A stretch of DNA of 64,000 nucleotides from Octopus vulgaris (taxonomy: Eukaryota), in NCBI GenBank assembly GCA_951406725.2, contig OX597826.1, positions 57,660,001 to 57,724,000 of the forward strand, given 5' to 3'. Each line of letters begins with the position of its first letter. The first letter of the stretch is position 1. The notes beneath the pieces were generated by a model that did no database searches, was not told the DNA's origin, and worked only from the letters and a program-made list of their open reading frames with translations. A program made the position numbers and the translations under genes. Shown here in pieces: positions 1-13,452 of the stretch.

Positions 1-170
1 ATTTTTGAGGGGAAGGGAGAGTTGCTTACATCAACCCAACTGCTGAAATGTTTCTTATTTTATCGATACCAAAAGGATAAAAAGCCAAGTCAACCTCAGC
101 ACCATTTGAACTCAGAATGTAAAACTGGAAGAAATGCTGTGTGCTAATGATTCTACTGGTTCATTGCCCT
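1..170 (-). mobile_element. Degenerate SINE, family B (old subfamily B2)
   Basis: Diverged match to the family B core 'ttatttaatcgaccccgaaaggatgaaaggcaaagtcgacctc..tttgaactcagaa' seen intact at 28596, 51292 and 60836. Further decayed B2 copies lie near 19030, 25310, 25760, 32605, 33335, 46580, 46790 and 56700. Confidence 0.7.
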
Positions 171-671
171 CAAGACATGGTTAGAATAAAAACTGTTTCT
201 CACTTTAAGTTCAAGACCAGATATCGGTGGAGGACAGGGGAAGATTTTTGACAAATTCTACTGCAGTACTTGACTGGTGCTTATTTTATCAAACCCCCAA
301 AAGAATACACTAATTCAGGATCAGAATTATAATAGGGAAGAGAAACACAAGACTGTGTGCCATCCATAGCTTTTTTTCAGAAGTAATAATGATGTAGGTA
401 AAGTAAAATGGCTAAAACTGGGAATTGAAACAGAATCACTCACACTTCTACCTACAACATTCGTTACAACATTCTGTTCGATGAATTAAAGTGAACCTAC
501 ATATATTGAAATATATTGATAACTAAACTATATGTCATATAATGAATATATCATATTAGCAATAGTTTTTCAGCTACTCAATTTCAGCACATTGTAAGCA
601 ACCTGAATATGCATGTATATATATATAAATACATAAGTAAGTTCCGCCAACAAAGAATAATGGATTAAATT

Positions 672-831
672 ATGTATGTATGGATGCATATATGCATGCA
701 CACACACACACATATATGTATATGTGTGTGTGTGTGTGTATGTAGATAAATGTGTGTGTGTGTGCATATATATATATGCATACATATATATATATATACA
801 TATATATACATATACATATATATACATATAC

Positions 832-906
<75 letters not shown>

Positions 907-961
907 CATACTTATACACATATATACATATATACACATATATAACAAGGAAAATACACAC

Positions 962-1014
<53 letters not shown>

Positions 1015-1060
1015 CATATATATATATATATGTGTGTGCGTGTGTGTACATGTATGTTAA
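672..1060. repeat. Compound (AT)n/(GT)n/(CA)n microsatellite block
   Basis: Directly visible. It generates the YIYI/VCVC pseudo-ORFs. Confidence 0.95.
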
Positions 1061-1915
1061 TACACACACAAATTGGAAATCTATTAGCAGCAAGAAGACT
1101 TCATTGCATTTTTATAGTTTTTTTTTCATTCTTGCTTATCAATACTAGCAACACTATGAAACAAACAGAATGCACCTTTTCAATCAATAAAGCATACATA
1201 TGCACACATTATTTTATATGTGTGTATATATATATATATGTATGTATATACAGGGCACACTGCTAAGTAATCCTTATATTACAGAATATCCATATCGCAA
1301 CAGTAAGGATTCTTGAGCTTAAAACTTCAAGATTAAAACAAAAATTTGAAATAATGCAAACTCTACAATTTCTTTTTTGTTGATAATTCGGTTTTTTTTT
1401 TGCTTTGCTATTGAATTGTATTTTTTATTTCATTTACTACATTTTTATGTATGCTTTATAAAATTACACTTTTTCTCTCAGCTCAAGTTTTTTTTTCTCC
1501 TTTGTATAATTCTTTTATTTTTTTTTTGGTTTTTTTTTTGGGGGTGGTGGGCAGGAACTTGGAAAGTGAGCTTAGTGAACAAACAATACAAAGAAGAATG
1601 AAGAGGAAAAATTGTAGAATTATGGTTCACTTCAAACTATATAACTGTATCAACTATATCTATCCATTTTCTTTCTGGTAAGTCTACTTAGTTCCAAAGA
1701 CATATGCTCACTCTTTCTTTCTGAAATTTTCAACCACATACATCTATAACTATATATATGTGTTCAAAATATGCACATATGCACACATATGTGGTTTGGG
1801 GGTACATGCACACACACACACACACACCTGTATGTATGCAACCTACAGAAAGCAGGAAGAAAATCTAGTGATAGGATGTGAAGGAATGAAACTTTTTTTT
1901 ATATGGAGAGTGGGA

Positions 1916-1959
<44 letters not shown>

Positions 1960-2830
1960 TGCTGAAATATTCTTGCTCTATTTATAAGTATTTTTTTTTA
2001 TTAAAAAATTTGTTTTCTTTTCTTTCTTCTTTTTATTACATTTATACTATTTTCAAAAATGGAAGTCTGTTTTAATGAAAAGTAGGAGAAGAGATAAGAA
2101 ACTATAGAACTATACTTTGCAAAAATTTTCAAGTTATCAGTACTGAATCTAAATAACAGAAATGTTAAAGAATTGTTGTTGTTTTATATATATACTAGTT
2201 TAATATTTTTTAAAATGTTTTATATTCTTGTTTTAATTTCTTGTTGCTCATATCTTTTCTTAAAGATTATCCTAACATATTCCAACTATCTTTCAATTCA
2301 AATAAGAATCATGTGCATTTACATAGTAGAAGCTTACTGCTGTCAACAGCCAAAATGACCTAGCATTGCTTCCTGTTCCTACCACCAGTTTTATATGCTT
2401 GTCTGGGCTTGGATGCCTCTAAAATTTTGAATACTTCCTAGCATTTATCAACAAGTGTTTCTATTACTAAATTCTTTGTTGGTATCAGTATTTTAAAACT
2501 AATTTTTAGAAATAAGTTTAATGCAAGTCAGTCACCTCGTTTAGTGCCACTAACCAGCTCTTGGGTGCCTTTTAGCAAAGTTTACTCTACTGTAGGTATT
2601 TAGATCAGGTAGCAGCAACCCTTATAATTTGAAGGAAGGATTTTTCTTCCTATTCCTTTGCCCACCTCAGAGAGCCTGCATAAGAGTATTTGTGGAGAGT
2701 GGTCATGGAAGAAGCAAACAGTACGCAGTTGCAGCCTTTTGGAGTCGGCCTTGTTGGTGTTGGATAGAGAGTGAAACCCTGGCAATAGATAACCACTTAC
2801 AAAAGAAAATATTTTTCCTCAAACTTATGC

Positions 2831-2866
<36 letters not shown>

Positions 2867-3201
2867 AAATAACAGTAGTTTTCTACCTAGCACCACTAAC
2901 TGGTGGCGACCTCTGGCATGAAGTAAGTCTGAAGAGATGACAGATAACGCTAAGAGTTATTATGTCTATTATATATTAAGCAGACCAGTGTTGCATTAAA
3001 AAAACAAAAAAAAAAAAAAAAACAAGAAAAAGAAAAAGAATAAAATCAAATAAAAATCAGTAATGTTAAAGAAACAAAAATTTAATTGCTTAAAGATGTA
3101 CGATTAGCTATATGCATATATGTTGGCTTAGAATTTCAAGTAAAATAGAGAAACTATTACGATAGTACTTAAACATAATTGAACCAAGCAACATGATGGC
3201 A

Positions 3202-3232
<31 letters not shown>

Positions 3233-3357
3233 AACTATGAAAAAATATTTTTTATAAAAAAAAAAAAAAAAGGAAAGCAGAAAGTGAAGATTAATCATTA
3301 ACATTCATCCATTTGAGAACAGACATTTTATGCAAATCTTACAAATATGTCCATGTT

Positions 3358-3393
<36 letters not shown>

Positions 3394-3654
3394 ACACACA
3401 CACACATTTATATACACATGTGCAAACTCATTAAACTGTGTAAACTTGCTGCCATGATTGATACAAAACTGGAAAACAGAAATTATCAATATGAAGAAAC
3501 AGAGAAATAAATTCACATTAAAGACTTCCTTCATATTTATAGATATTGTTTTGTTTGCTTTATAATTAGTTTGAAGTTTATTGATATTTTACACCATTCT
3601 ATTTGTTAGTAATTAATATTTATATTTTGTTTGTTTTTATCTAAGTCCATTTAT

Positions 3655-4010
3655 TCATAATCGTGTGTATTGTGTATATATATTTGTGCATGTGTACATA
3701 CACACACGCATATATATATATACATATATGCATACATATATATACATACACACAAATATATACATACACACACATATATATATATACATACACATATATA
3801 TATACATATATAAATACATACATAATATGCACATATCTATATATAAAGACATACATATGTATCTACATATATACATACATATATACATACATACATACAT
3901 ACATACATACATACAAACATACATACATACAAACACACATACATACACACATAAACATACACCCGTCCACCCACCTACACACCCACACACACATATAAGA
4001 GAGATAGAGA
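3655..4010. repeat. Compound AT/AC/ATAC microsatellite block
   Basis: Directly visible low-complexity repeats. Confidence 0.95.
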
Positions 4011-5318
4011 GAGAGGGGTTGGGGGTTGGAGAGTGCATGTATCAGGATGCTTAACAAGCAAATGTTGAGACCATCTTAACAAGTCCTAATCTCAACTAAT
4101 CTTTGGAATGGTGAAAAATAAGCTCATTCAAAACTGCTAAAAAGCCTAAACCATTACAGATGTAGAAAGTTTAGTTTGAAATAACACTACTGCACATCCT
4201 GAGATCATTTCCACCATCATTTTGGCAATCAAATAAATTTTGTCTCAGGAATATTCATGACATTACATATACACATATGCACACACTCATATATATATAT
4301 ATATATATATAAGCTTTTTCTAATATATCTCCAGGGACTCAAATTTAGATTTAGTGCATTTGTTTCTAAGTGCTCCAAAATTTTTATTCCTTTTTGTTTT
4401 TACTTAAAATACATTATTATCATTATTATCATTGCTATTATTATTTTTATTATTATCATTACTGTTGTTATTAGTTTTCTAGCACAGGAGATGTTGAGAA
4501 CTTAATTTAAATCTGTGGCAATGTACTATGGACATGTGTGGGTTGGAGAGTAGACAAAAGGCAGTTACCCCCTTGAGCAGTTAACAAAAAATATGTAAAG
4601 AGAGAACTTGCACATGATCAGCAAATTAAGACATATGCAATAAAATATTATTTACATTGTTTAACAGCAGCAAAAATATAACAACATAGAAGAAAGTAAA
4701 CATACAAATTGGTAATTATTATTAGTGAGATATTTCAATTAATTAACTAACTGTAAAACGTGACTCAGTTAGGGTGTCGGTATAGTTGTGTGGTTAAGAA
4801 GTTTGCATCATGACATAGTTTAATTGGTACAATTTCAACACCAAAGACAAGTGACTTCTACAACAGCTACTGGTTGACCAAAACCAGATGAATAAATTTT
4901 CACTGAAGGAATCCTTATAGAAGCCCAGGATGACCATTTCTGTTCTTGGGTGAGAGACTTAATCCAGTCATCCATTTTAAGACCATTATCTGAGCCATGA
5001 CCACCTATGGCAAAATGTACTCTGTCAGAAGTATTCAAGCCAAATTTCTCTTTTCTTCTGGTGGAAGTATTCAAGACAGTCTCCTCTCTTTCTTCCACTA
5101 GTTAGAGAAACTCTGAAAAAGGACTAGACCACTGTGCCTCTTCCTCTGTCTAAGGTATACAAACGTTCTTAAACTTAATTTATTTGCTGAGCAGTGGACC
5201 CCTAAAGGCATCAAATCAGCATAGTGTTCGATAGAATACCTCAAGATATTTGTTCTGACTCCCTGGACTTTTGAGTTCAATTTTTTGTCAACTTTGCCTT
5301 TCAACATTTTAGGGTTAA

Positions 5319-5539
5319 ACCTTTTGATACCAACCTGGCTGAAACCACCTCTGGTTCTGTAGTACAAATGTCTTGTTTTCAAAAGTTTTGATTTAAAATC
5401 TTCCACCAAACCTTAGTTACAATTTATGTTCCTAACACTAGCTTAATGATAACTAAGTTATATTACTAAATTCTTTGTTATATTTGCGGTAATTGAAAGA
5501 AAGACAGAGCATCTCAACAGAAATACAGTAACGAAAGGG
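5319..5539. mobile_element. piggyBac-type MITE, family D, inserted in an old B SINE
   Basis: TTAA at 5315-5318 and 5540-5543, with imperfect TIRs 'accttttgatac' and 'gtaacgaaaggg'. Homologous copies at 28583, 33893 and 44491. The flanks rejoin into the B core (gcctttcaacattttagggTTAAtaaaaaaaagtacc). Confidence 0.75.
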
Positions 5540-6081
5540 TTAATAAAAAAAAGTACCAATCCAGAGTGGTGAACTTGAAGAATTGTTAGATAATCAGGCA
5601 AGATGCCATGCAGTATCTCTTCTGACAACACCAGTGCCAAGCTATATTGGTAGCCTTTACTTTGGATAAACATTGATGGCATGAAGAGGGAAGACTTTCA
5701 TGCATGAATGTGCAGGCAAGGACAAAATTTTAAGGAAGATTAGTAGTTGCCCATGCACACTGACTGAAAAAAGGCCTATAGTGTGCCACTGATTTTTAAT
5801 AATATACAAAAATCCTAATGCAAAATTTTTCTAATGTATATGCTTGTTGAATGATTATAACAAAATAAATGCCTTATGTTACACAATGGGCCTTTTATGC
5901 ACGTAGTTTCTATCATGCCTTGGTTGCAGAATGTATGTATGTGTGTGTACTTACACATGCACAACTTACAGGGACTAGTAACTGTTGAGCTAGTTCTAAG
6001 ATTATATTCGAATCAATAAAGTAAAAACAATGAATTTTCTTTTAGTTCTTCAATATATGAAGTTTTTTTTATATATTAATA

Positions 6082-6489
6082 GGCGCAGGAGTGGCTGTGT
6101 GGTAAGTAGCTTGTTTACCAACCACATGGTTCTGGGTTCAGTCTCACTGCGTGGCACCTTGGGCAAGTGTCTTCTGCTATAGCCTCAGGCCGACCAATGC
6201 CTTGTGAGTGGATTTGGTAGACGGAAACTGAAAGAAGCCTGTCGTATATATGTATATATATGTATGTGTGTGTATGTTTGTGTGTCTGTGTTTGTCCCCC
6301 TAGCATTGCTTGACAACCGATGCTGGTGTGTTTACGTCCTCGTCACTTAGCAGTTCGGCAAAAGAGACTGATAGAATAAGTACTGGGCTTACAAAAGAAT
6401 AAGTGCCGGGGTCAAGTTGCTCGACTAAAGGCGGTGCTCCAGCATGGCCGCAGTCAAATGACTGAAACAAGTAAAAGAGTAAAAGAGTA
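6082..6489 (+). mobile_element. Full-length young tRNA-derived SINE, family A
   Basis: A box (tggctgtgtgg), B-box-like ggttcagtc, central AT/GT microsatellite, 3' hairpin cagtc-aaat-gactg and (gtaaaaga)n tail. Near-identical to six other copies in the window. Confidence 0.92.
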
Positions 6490-6514
6490 TTAGTATCTCA
6501 AGCAAAAGTCATAT

Positions 6515-6820
6515 TATAGCTTCAGGCCAATCAAAGCCTTCAGTGTAGATTTGGTTGATGGAAACTGAAAGAAGCCCATTGTATATACATACATATAAGT
6601 GTGTGTGTGTGTGGGGAGTATCTATGTATATGTGTTCATCTCCCACCACTACTTGACAACAGGTGTTGGTTTGTATACATCCCTGTAACTTAATAGGTCA
6701 GCAAAAAGACAGATAGAATAAGTACTACATTTAATAAGTACTGGGGTCAATTTGTGTGACTAAACCCATCAATGTGATGCTCCAGCACAGCCACAGTCAA
6801 ATGACTGAAACATTTAAAAG
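6515..6820 (+). mobile_element. Older 5'-truncated family A SINE
   Basis: Diverged match to the family A body and tail, directly downstream of the young copy. Confidence 0.8.
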
Positions 6821-8082
6821 ATGTGTGTATGTGTGTGTGTGTGTGTTTTATATAAAATGATGAATTAAGTACATAGCTTATATACATACATACATGTATG
6901 GATTCATTCACACATCTATCATACATAAACAAGGTGGTGCTGTAGCATGGCTTTGTCCATGATAGCTTAAGCAAAATATAAAACTAAAAAAAAAAATTAA
7001 AGGACTTAGTTACTCATCAACCTGCTACTACATTGTATACATATACAACATACTGACAATCTATATACTACATTGACACATATTTGTCTTTAGTGGTGCC
7101 CAGCCAATGACATGGTTATTCAGATTAACTCCCCCTTACACATCCCTACTCTCTCGTTTACTATTGGGCATGCAACAGCTGGTGAACAAGAGCCACTTAA
7201 AAGTGAAAGCTGTCCCCAAATACATTTTGCTGCAATGACTACAAGTTTGTGCTCTCTCTAATGATAAGCCCACAAAATTTCTACTAGTATGAAACAGGGA
7301 TACAGCTAATTTACTTCTTCCCCAATGTACCACTTTCACACACACACACACACAAGATATCAAAAAGACTGGAAATATTAAGCGTAGATTTAATAAATGG
7401 TAGTATGTCAGATGCAGTCAGCTGTGTTTGGGGTACTGGAAAGAACCACAAATGTTACATAGAAAATTAAGCATCAAAAATAAAATAGGATAAAACAGAA
7501 ATGCTACCAAGATAATTTTGACAGTAAAATAGAAGTGTATTAATTACAAACTTCCACTGGAAGCTTACAAATGGTGAATTAGTTGAATGTCAAAAGGTCA
7601 TTAATGGTTGGGTATTATTTTGGTAAGCGACAGATTATCAGATAGTTTTAATAGTTTCTTTTTCTTTCCTCATCCCCTGCCACCAGTACCACCACCTCCA
7701 TTAGATAAGCAAAAAGAACAGAAATAAGTCTTTAACTTTTGGAAAAATAACAAAAAAAACAACTTTGAAAGTATTTTCTCTTCTCTCTTTGTGTCTAATG
7801 AAAATTAAGAGGGAAGAAGCTTTCATTTCACTCAGAGATGAAAGTACCTATCTATTGCGATTTTAAAAAAAAACTTCCTTTTTCTTCCCTTCTATTTTTA
7901 GACAACAGCCAGATAACCAGATAGCTCATGTTAGGATTCTTTTATTTATTCATTATCGTTATCTATTTTTTTTCATATACCATCATCATCATCATTTAAT
8001 ATATTACTAATGAACTTGTATCACATTTAACATAACAAACACTGAAGTAAAAATGTTGATGAGCAAACCACACACACACATG

Positions 8083-8116
<34 letters not shown>

Positions 8117-8689
8117 ATTAAGAATATATAAGAAGTATAGTAAACATCTTGTGCACCAGAACACTACTAATCTAAACTGACAGTTTATAGGGAAAAATTC
8201 TTCCAAACACCAATCAGTGACTCCGTAGTTTAGTGGAAGACTTTGAAAAGTACCTTTTATGCAAGAAACATTACTCTTCATATCTTTGGATTTATCCAAA
8301 ACATCATCCAAAATAAACAAGAACTTTCCATGAACAACCACTAAAGTTCAGCAGAACCAGCAATGGTGATTTTTAGACATTTGTGCAACCTACTGAAGTA
8401 GCATCCATATATTCAAGCCAATGAGGAGGTTTCTAAATGACCACTTGACCTACTATAAACAGTTACCAAATCTCCCACACTGAACCAAGAAGGTTCACAG
8501 ATAGAATGTCACTGGTTATAAATCTGTTGGATCAAAACTCTTCAATAGTAAAACAACAATAACAACCACTGTGTCACATAACATGCAGTGTAATCTTAGT
8601 CCAGTCAGGATAACATATCTATGTTGATGGACATGTGCATTGCTTCCTCTCTATAACAGATCTAGTTAAACAAGAGAAATATAGTCATA

Positions 8690-9270
8690 CCATGGCATGT
8701 AGTTCATGGCTTTGTTAGGCTGTTGGAATCACAATCATAAGATTGATGTTTAGATTCCTGACCGGGCAATGCAGTATGTGCTTGAGTAAAACACTTTGTC
8801 TCGCATTGCTCTAGTCCACTGAGCTAGTAAAAGTGAGTAATCCTGTGATGGACTAAAAGGAACACTCCATCGATTACGATGACAAGGGTCCCAGCTGATA
8901 CGATAAACAGAACAGCCTGCTTGTGAAATTAACATGCAAGTGGCTGAGCAATCCACAAACATGTGTACCCCTAATGTAGTTCTTAGGGAGATTCAGTGTG
9001 ACAGAGTGTGACAAGGACGGCCCTTTGAAATACAGGTACAACTCATTTTTGCCAGATGAGTGGACTGGAGCAACGTGAAATAAAGTGTCTTGCTCAAGGA
9101 CACAACGCATCGCCGGGAATCGAACTCACAACCTTACAATCATGAGCCGAATGCCCTAACCACTAAGCCATGCGTCTTCACTGTGATGGACTAGTGTCCT
9201 GTCCAAGGAGAAAATATATGCACCACAGAAACTAGAAAATTGGCTCTGAGTCCGTATGACATGGGAAGAA
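8690..9270 (+). mobile_element. Old tRNA/CORE-like SINE interrupted by the younger element at 8856-9180
   Basis: Degenerate head and 'cttgagtaaaacactttgtctcgcattgctctagtccact' core. The sequence resumes after the insert as 'ctgtgatggactagtgtcctgtcc'. A related decayed copy lies at ~31190-31460. Confidence 0.6.
8856..9180 (-). mobile_element. tRNA-derived SINE, family H3 (head 2 + CORE-like segment + tail 1)
   Basis: Minus-strand head 'gcatggcttagtggttagggcattcggctcatg..gagttcgattcccgg'. Perfect 13-bp TSD ctgtgatggacta at 8843-8855 and 9181-9193. Confidence 0.88.
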
Positions 9271-10288
9271 TCTAACATAGTCAAACCATGCAAAAATATA
9301 TGTCTTGTTATATAGTTCATACCATATGAAATGTAAAAAATAGAATATAAAATGGTGATTTATATAAGGCCTCTATTGGTCAAACTTGACCATGCAGTTG
9401 CACATGAGTGCACAGGCCAGGGTGGTATTTTTTTTAAAGCAGAACTGATAATTTCTCATGCATGCAAGTTTTTCTCATTACCACTAATGCTCATTCAAAG
9501 GAAAGGCTGCCACTTTGGGCTGATACAGATTGGTACCAATGATGTGCAGGTATCACTGTCAGAACACAAATAGCTAGAAACAGATACCACAAGATATCTA
9601 GTCCCTCTCTCTCTAACAGTTCCACCAATCTACTATCCTGGACTGATACCTTTTCCATTAATCCCGATAGAATGAAAAGCAATGTTGACTTCAACAGTAT
9701 ATGAACTCAGATCTCAAAGAATTGGAACAAAAATCATAAAATACTTAATGATGATAAATAAATAACAGAAACAGAATAGACAAATCATAAATCAAATTGA
9801 TAAAATATAAAATTAATTTGAAAAAAATAATATGTTAATATTTCTCCCTAAAAGCTTAAAGTTTTCTGTGACACATGAACATTATCCATTTTATAAAACT
9901 TAATTAAATTTAAACAGAGATTGATGGTAACAAGCTAGATGCTAAGTAAAGCACAAAAAACTCAAACCTATCTCTAAGCATGTGGTGTGTGTAACTTCGA
10001 TTTATTTTACAAATGGAAACATTTTACAAATGAAAGATATTATTATTATTTTATTAAGAAATTCTATGTAATTCTTATATATGAATTGTTAATAAATTCT
10101 AATTTTACCATCAGTTGTGATGCCAGCAGAAAGAAGAGAGAACTTTGTGTGATTCCTTATCAACTTGTTGCTAACTGTAACATCATGTTAAGAAACCACT
10201 AATGAAGAATCCATATAACAGCAACATTTTGAAACATTAAGATATTTATTTAATGAATTGTGTATTCAGACAGCTTCTGAATGTATGA

Positions 10289-10292
<4 letters not shown>

Positions 10293-10340
<48 letters not shown>

Positions 10341-10463
10341 TGTGTATATGTAAACATATATATGAGCATATATATATATATACAGTGTATATATATATAT
10401 ATAAACATATATATGAGCATATATATATATACTGTGTATATATATATAAACATATATATGAGC

Positions 10464-10495
<32 letters not shown>

Positions 10496-10739
10496 GCAAA
10501 CACAATTTTGCATGTGTGGTGTGCGTGTATATAATACATATACATGTATATTTTTATGAATAAATGTACATATAAATTCAGATATGTGTACACATACACA
10601 ATTTATATGTATGAGTACAGACACACACACAAACACAATTTTGCATGCGTGGTGTGTATATATAATACATATACATGTATATTTTTATGAATAAATGTAC
10701 ATACAAATTCAGATATGTGTACACATACACAATTTATAT
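10293..10739. repeat. (AT)n-based minisatellite plus a ~110-bp direct duplication
   Basis: Three 'aaacatatatatgagcatatat' units, followed by 10498-10608 repeated at 10631-10739. Confidence 0.9.
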
Positions 10740-11021
10740 CTGTTGTGGGTGGAAGGAGGATTTTGGTAATGACTGGAATGCCAGATCACATGTTTGGTTG
10801 TTGTTGTTCTTTAAAAAGAAGTATTCAGGTTAATTTGTTCAACTAAAACCCTTCAAAGCTGTGCTCCAGTATGGCTGTAGTCCAATGATCAAAATGTCTT
10901 TCACTGAAATTGTGTTGGACTATTTCCCCATCTTTATACAAAACTGTTCTAAATTGCAGGGTAAAATTTTCAATTGAATTAAACCATTTCTGTTATTCTG
11001 TGTGTTGTGTTTATTAAATAA

Positions 11022-11396
11022 CTAGCAGTATCGCCCGGCGTTGCTCGGGTTTGTAAGGAAAATAACTATAAAGCATTTTTAGAGAGTTATAGCCAAAAAA
11101 CAGCAAAAAATGCATTAAAAATGGAAAAAAATTATGGTAAATTTTTTTAAAAATCGTTGACTCATCGTAGACATTTTTAGAGAGTTACTTTCCTTTATTT
11201 AAAAAATATGCTTTAAAATGGAAAAAAATTATAGTAAATTATTTTTAAAATCGTAGACTCATCAGAAGGGCTCGATATGAATCACGACTATAAGATACCC
11301 GGTTTTGGTTAAACTACACTGCAAAATGTGGGAGTAGTTAGGAATCTAAATCATAGGAGACAGACACTCACACAACTTCACTTTTATATATATAGA
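11022..11396 (-). mobile_element. Non-autonomous Helitron
   Basis: The minus strand starts TC(tatatatataaaag) and ends with a GC-rich subterminal hairpin (cccgagcaacgccggg) followed by CTAG. It sits between A and T with no TSD and has an internal ~55-bp duplication. Confidence 0.8.
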
Positions 11397-13029
11397 TATA
11401 CAGGATTTACAAAGTTACAGAAAACACAAATGGTGTGGATTAAGAGGATAAACCTCATTGTGACTGGATGATAATTTACTACTTTGCAAAATGCTTTGCA
11501 GAACATTAAAGAAAGTTGAAAATGCTTGAAAAAGAAGTTCAAAAACTTAGATTCACAACAGTTCCTTTGTTATTATGTCCATCAGGTCATGTAGAGGGAA
11601 CAAAAGAAAGGCAAGGTAAAATAGCTCCTTCAGAAGAGAAGAAATTCTCATTTAAAGAACTCCCAAGCTGAACATGATATTGTCAATAGTAAACTACTGG
11701 ACCGTGATTATTTTTGGACTGATCCACCTTCAGTCAAAATTGCAGCCACATATTCTGTTATTTCAGTCATTGCTATTCCATTCAAAACAAGAACAATATC
11801 ATTCAGAAATTCGAACCATGAGATTATAAGTTTTTTCAGTGGAAGGAATGGTGGGTGAGAGAATGAATAAAATATATAGTTTATGAATCAGCTAGCTCTC
11901 AGTTACGGTTGCCAAATATTCAGAATAAATCAGACACTTGAAACACCTTTAAGAATAGCCAAACATGGCTCGCCAATTATCTTAGATAATTACAGAGCAC
12001 AACTGTTCAACTTTTTATGTATTAGCTATGCAAACAGAGTGGCTATTGTACTATCTGTCATCAGCAAGGGTAACAAATTATTAACATATTACAGAGGAAT
12101 CTAAGCAGAGATAAAATTGATTGTTATATGAATGCTGAATTGAAGAATCAGTGGAGTAGAGCAGATCAGCTGTAACCTTATTACATATCCAGTGGCCTGA
12201 CAGTGCAGAATGGGACAGTGGTTAAGGGGTACCTACTAATGAAAGAATAGATTCGGACAATTGTGATGGTATTTAGTACACATCATTAACAATGTTACTA
12301 CTGTATCGGTACTACTAGCATTAGGTGTACATAATTACTGCCTACCAGCTAAAATACTAATGGAGTTAAATCGGTTATCTGTAACAGGATACACAATTAC
12401 CTTAATTACACAGAGGAGTTTAGTGTAGCAACATGGTAGCTCTTTTAGAATACAAATTAAGAAGGGTCCCATAAATAAAAGGAAATACCAATAGGGACCA
12501 ATTTTTAAAATGCCAGTTGTGTGAGTGATTTGGGAGAATGTTGTTTGGGCTCTAGACCCACTACTAACTTCTGTATGGTAACAGATATATTTCAGTGACA
12601 CATTTTTAGTCATTTGTATGCATAAAATAACTGATTAAAAGTATGGTCATCGTTGGTATTGTTTAGCCCTCAATTAGCCTAGATCAAGCAACCTTATGTT
12701 AAAAAAAATTGAAGCCATGACCCTCATATCTTTATTTTAATGGGATTTAATTAAAAAAAAAAAAGTAATGTTGTAGATTGTATTATTCAATATGGCATTT
12801 TTTTACAACACAAGAGGCATCGGTAATGTTATGTGACAAGAAGTTTGCTTCTCAATTACATAGGTCCAAGTTCAGTTCCACTGCATGATACTTTGAGCAA
12901 GTGTCTTCTACCTAGCCCTGGGTCAACTACAACCTGATGAGAAGATTTGATAGATGAACACTGAAAAGAAGCCTATCATATACATATATATATATATCAT
13001 CATCATCATTTAACATCCATTTTCATGCT

Positions 13030-13231
13030 AAATGTGACTGCGTGTGTACCGTTGGCGATTTTTTTTCCTCTGTCTTCCCTTCTCTGGATCTTTCCTTCTC
13101 CTATGTTTCCGACAAAGAGCTCCGCTCGAAACGTTAAACCCCTCCTTCTTTCCTGAGCGTCCAATAATACTATATTTGTTCAACGTCCTTGCGTTGTTGT
13201 GTCTTTTTGTGCTTTCATGTTTGGATTAACT
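13030..13231 (+). mobile_element. Penelope-like terminal-repeat unit, family C1
   Basis: ~200-bp unit repeated at 17911 (+) and 55827 (-), bounded by (AT)n. Contains a hammerhead-like motif at 13105-13139. Confidence 0.65.
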
Positions 13232-13257
13232 TATATATATATATATATATATTGTGA

Positions 13258-13452
13258 GAATTTACATAAAAACAAAAGACAAAGACAGGTGTGTAAAGAA
13301 CAAATAGATGTATTAGTTTAATGCTCAGGAAGTGAGAAAGTCTTATACATTTCGAGCCTACGCTCTTCAACAGAAAGGAGCACAGAAATAAACAGGGAGA
13401 GAAAATAAAAAAAGGTTTAGTGGCTAGCAATCAATCATGGTCAATGTTGGAC
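13258..13452 (-). mobile_element. Penelope-like terminal-repeat unit, family C2
   Basis: Homologous to 53873-54082. Minus-strand hammerhead-like motif at 13341-13378. Confidence 0.6.

Noticed and set aside
570-1266. Stacked ORFs rich in YI/VC/HT (also at 3.6, 10.2, 14.4, 20.7, 21.6 and 49.6 kb)
   Set aside because: They are translations of dinucleotide microsatellites, which lack stop codons in several frames.
6115-6306. Recurrent ORFs 'MLGGQTQTH..', 'MSSNARG..' and 'FQSFDCGHAGAPP..'
   Set aside because: They are antisense translations of family A SINE copies, not a gene family.
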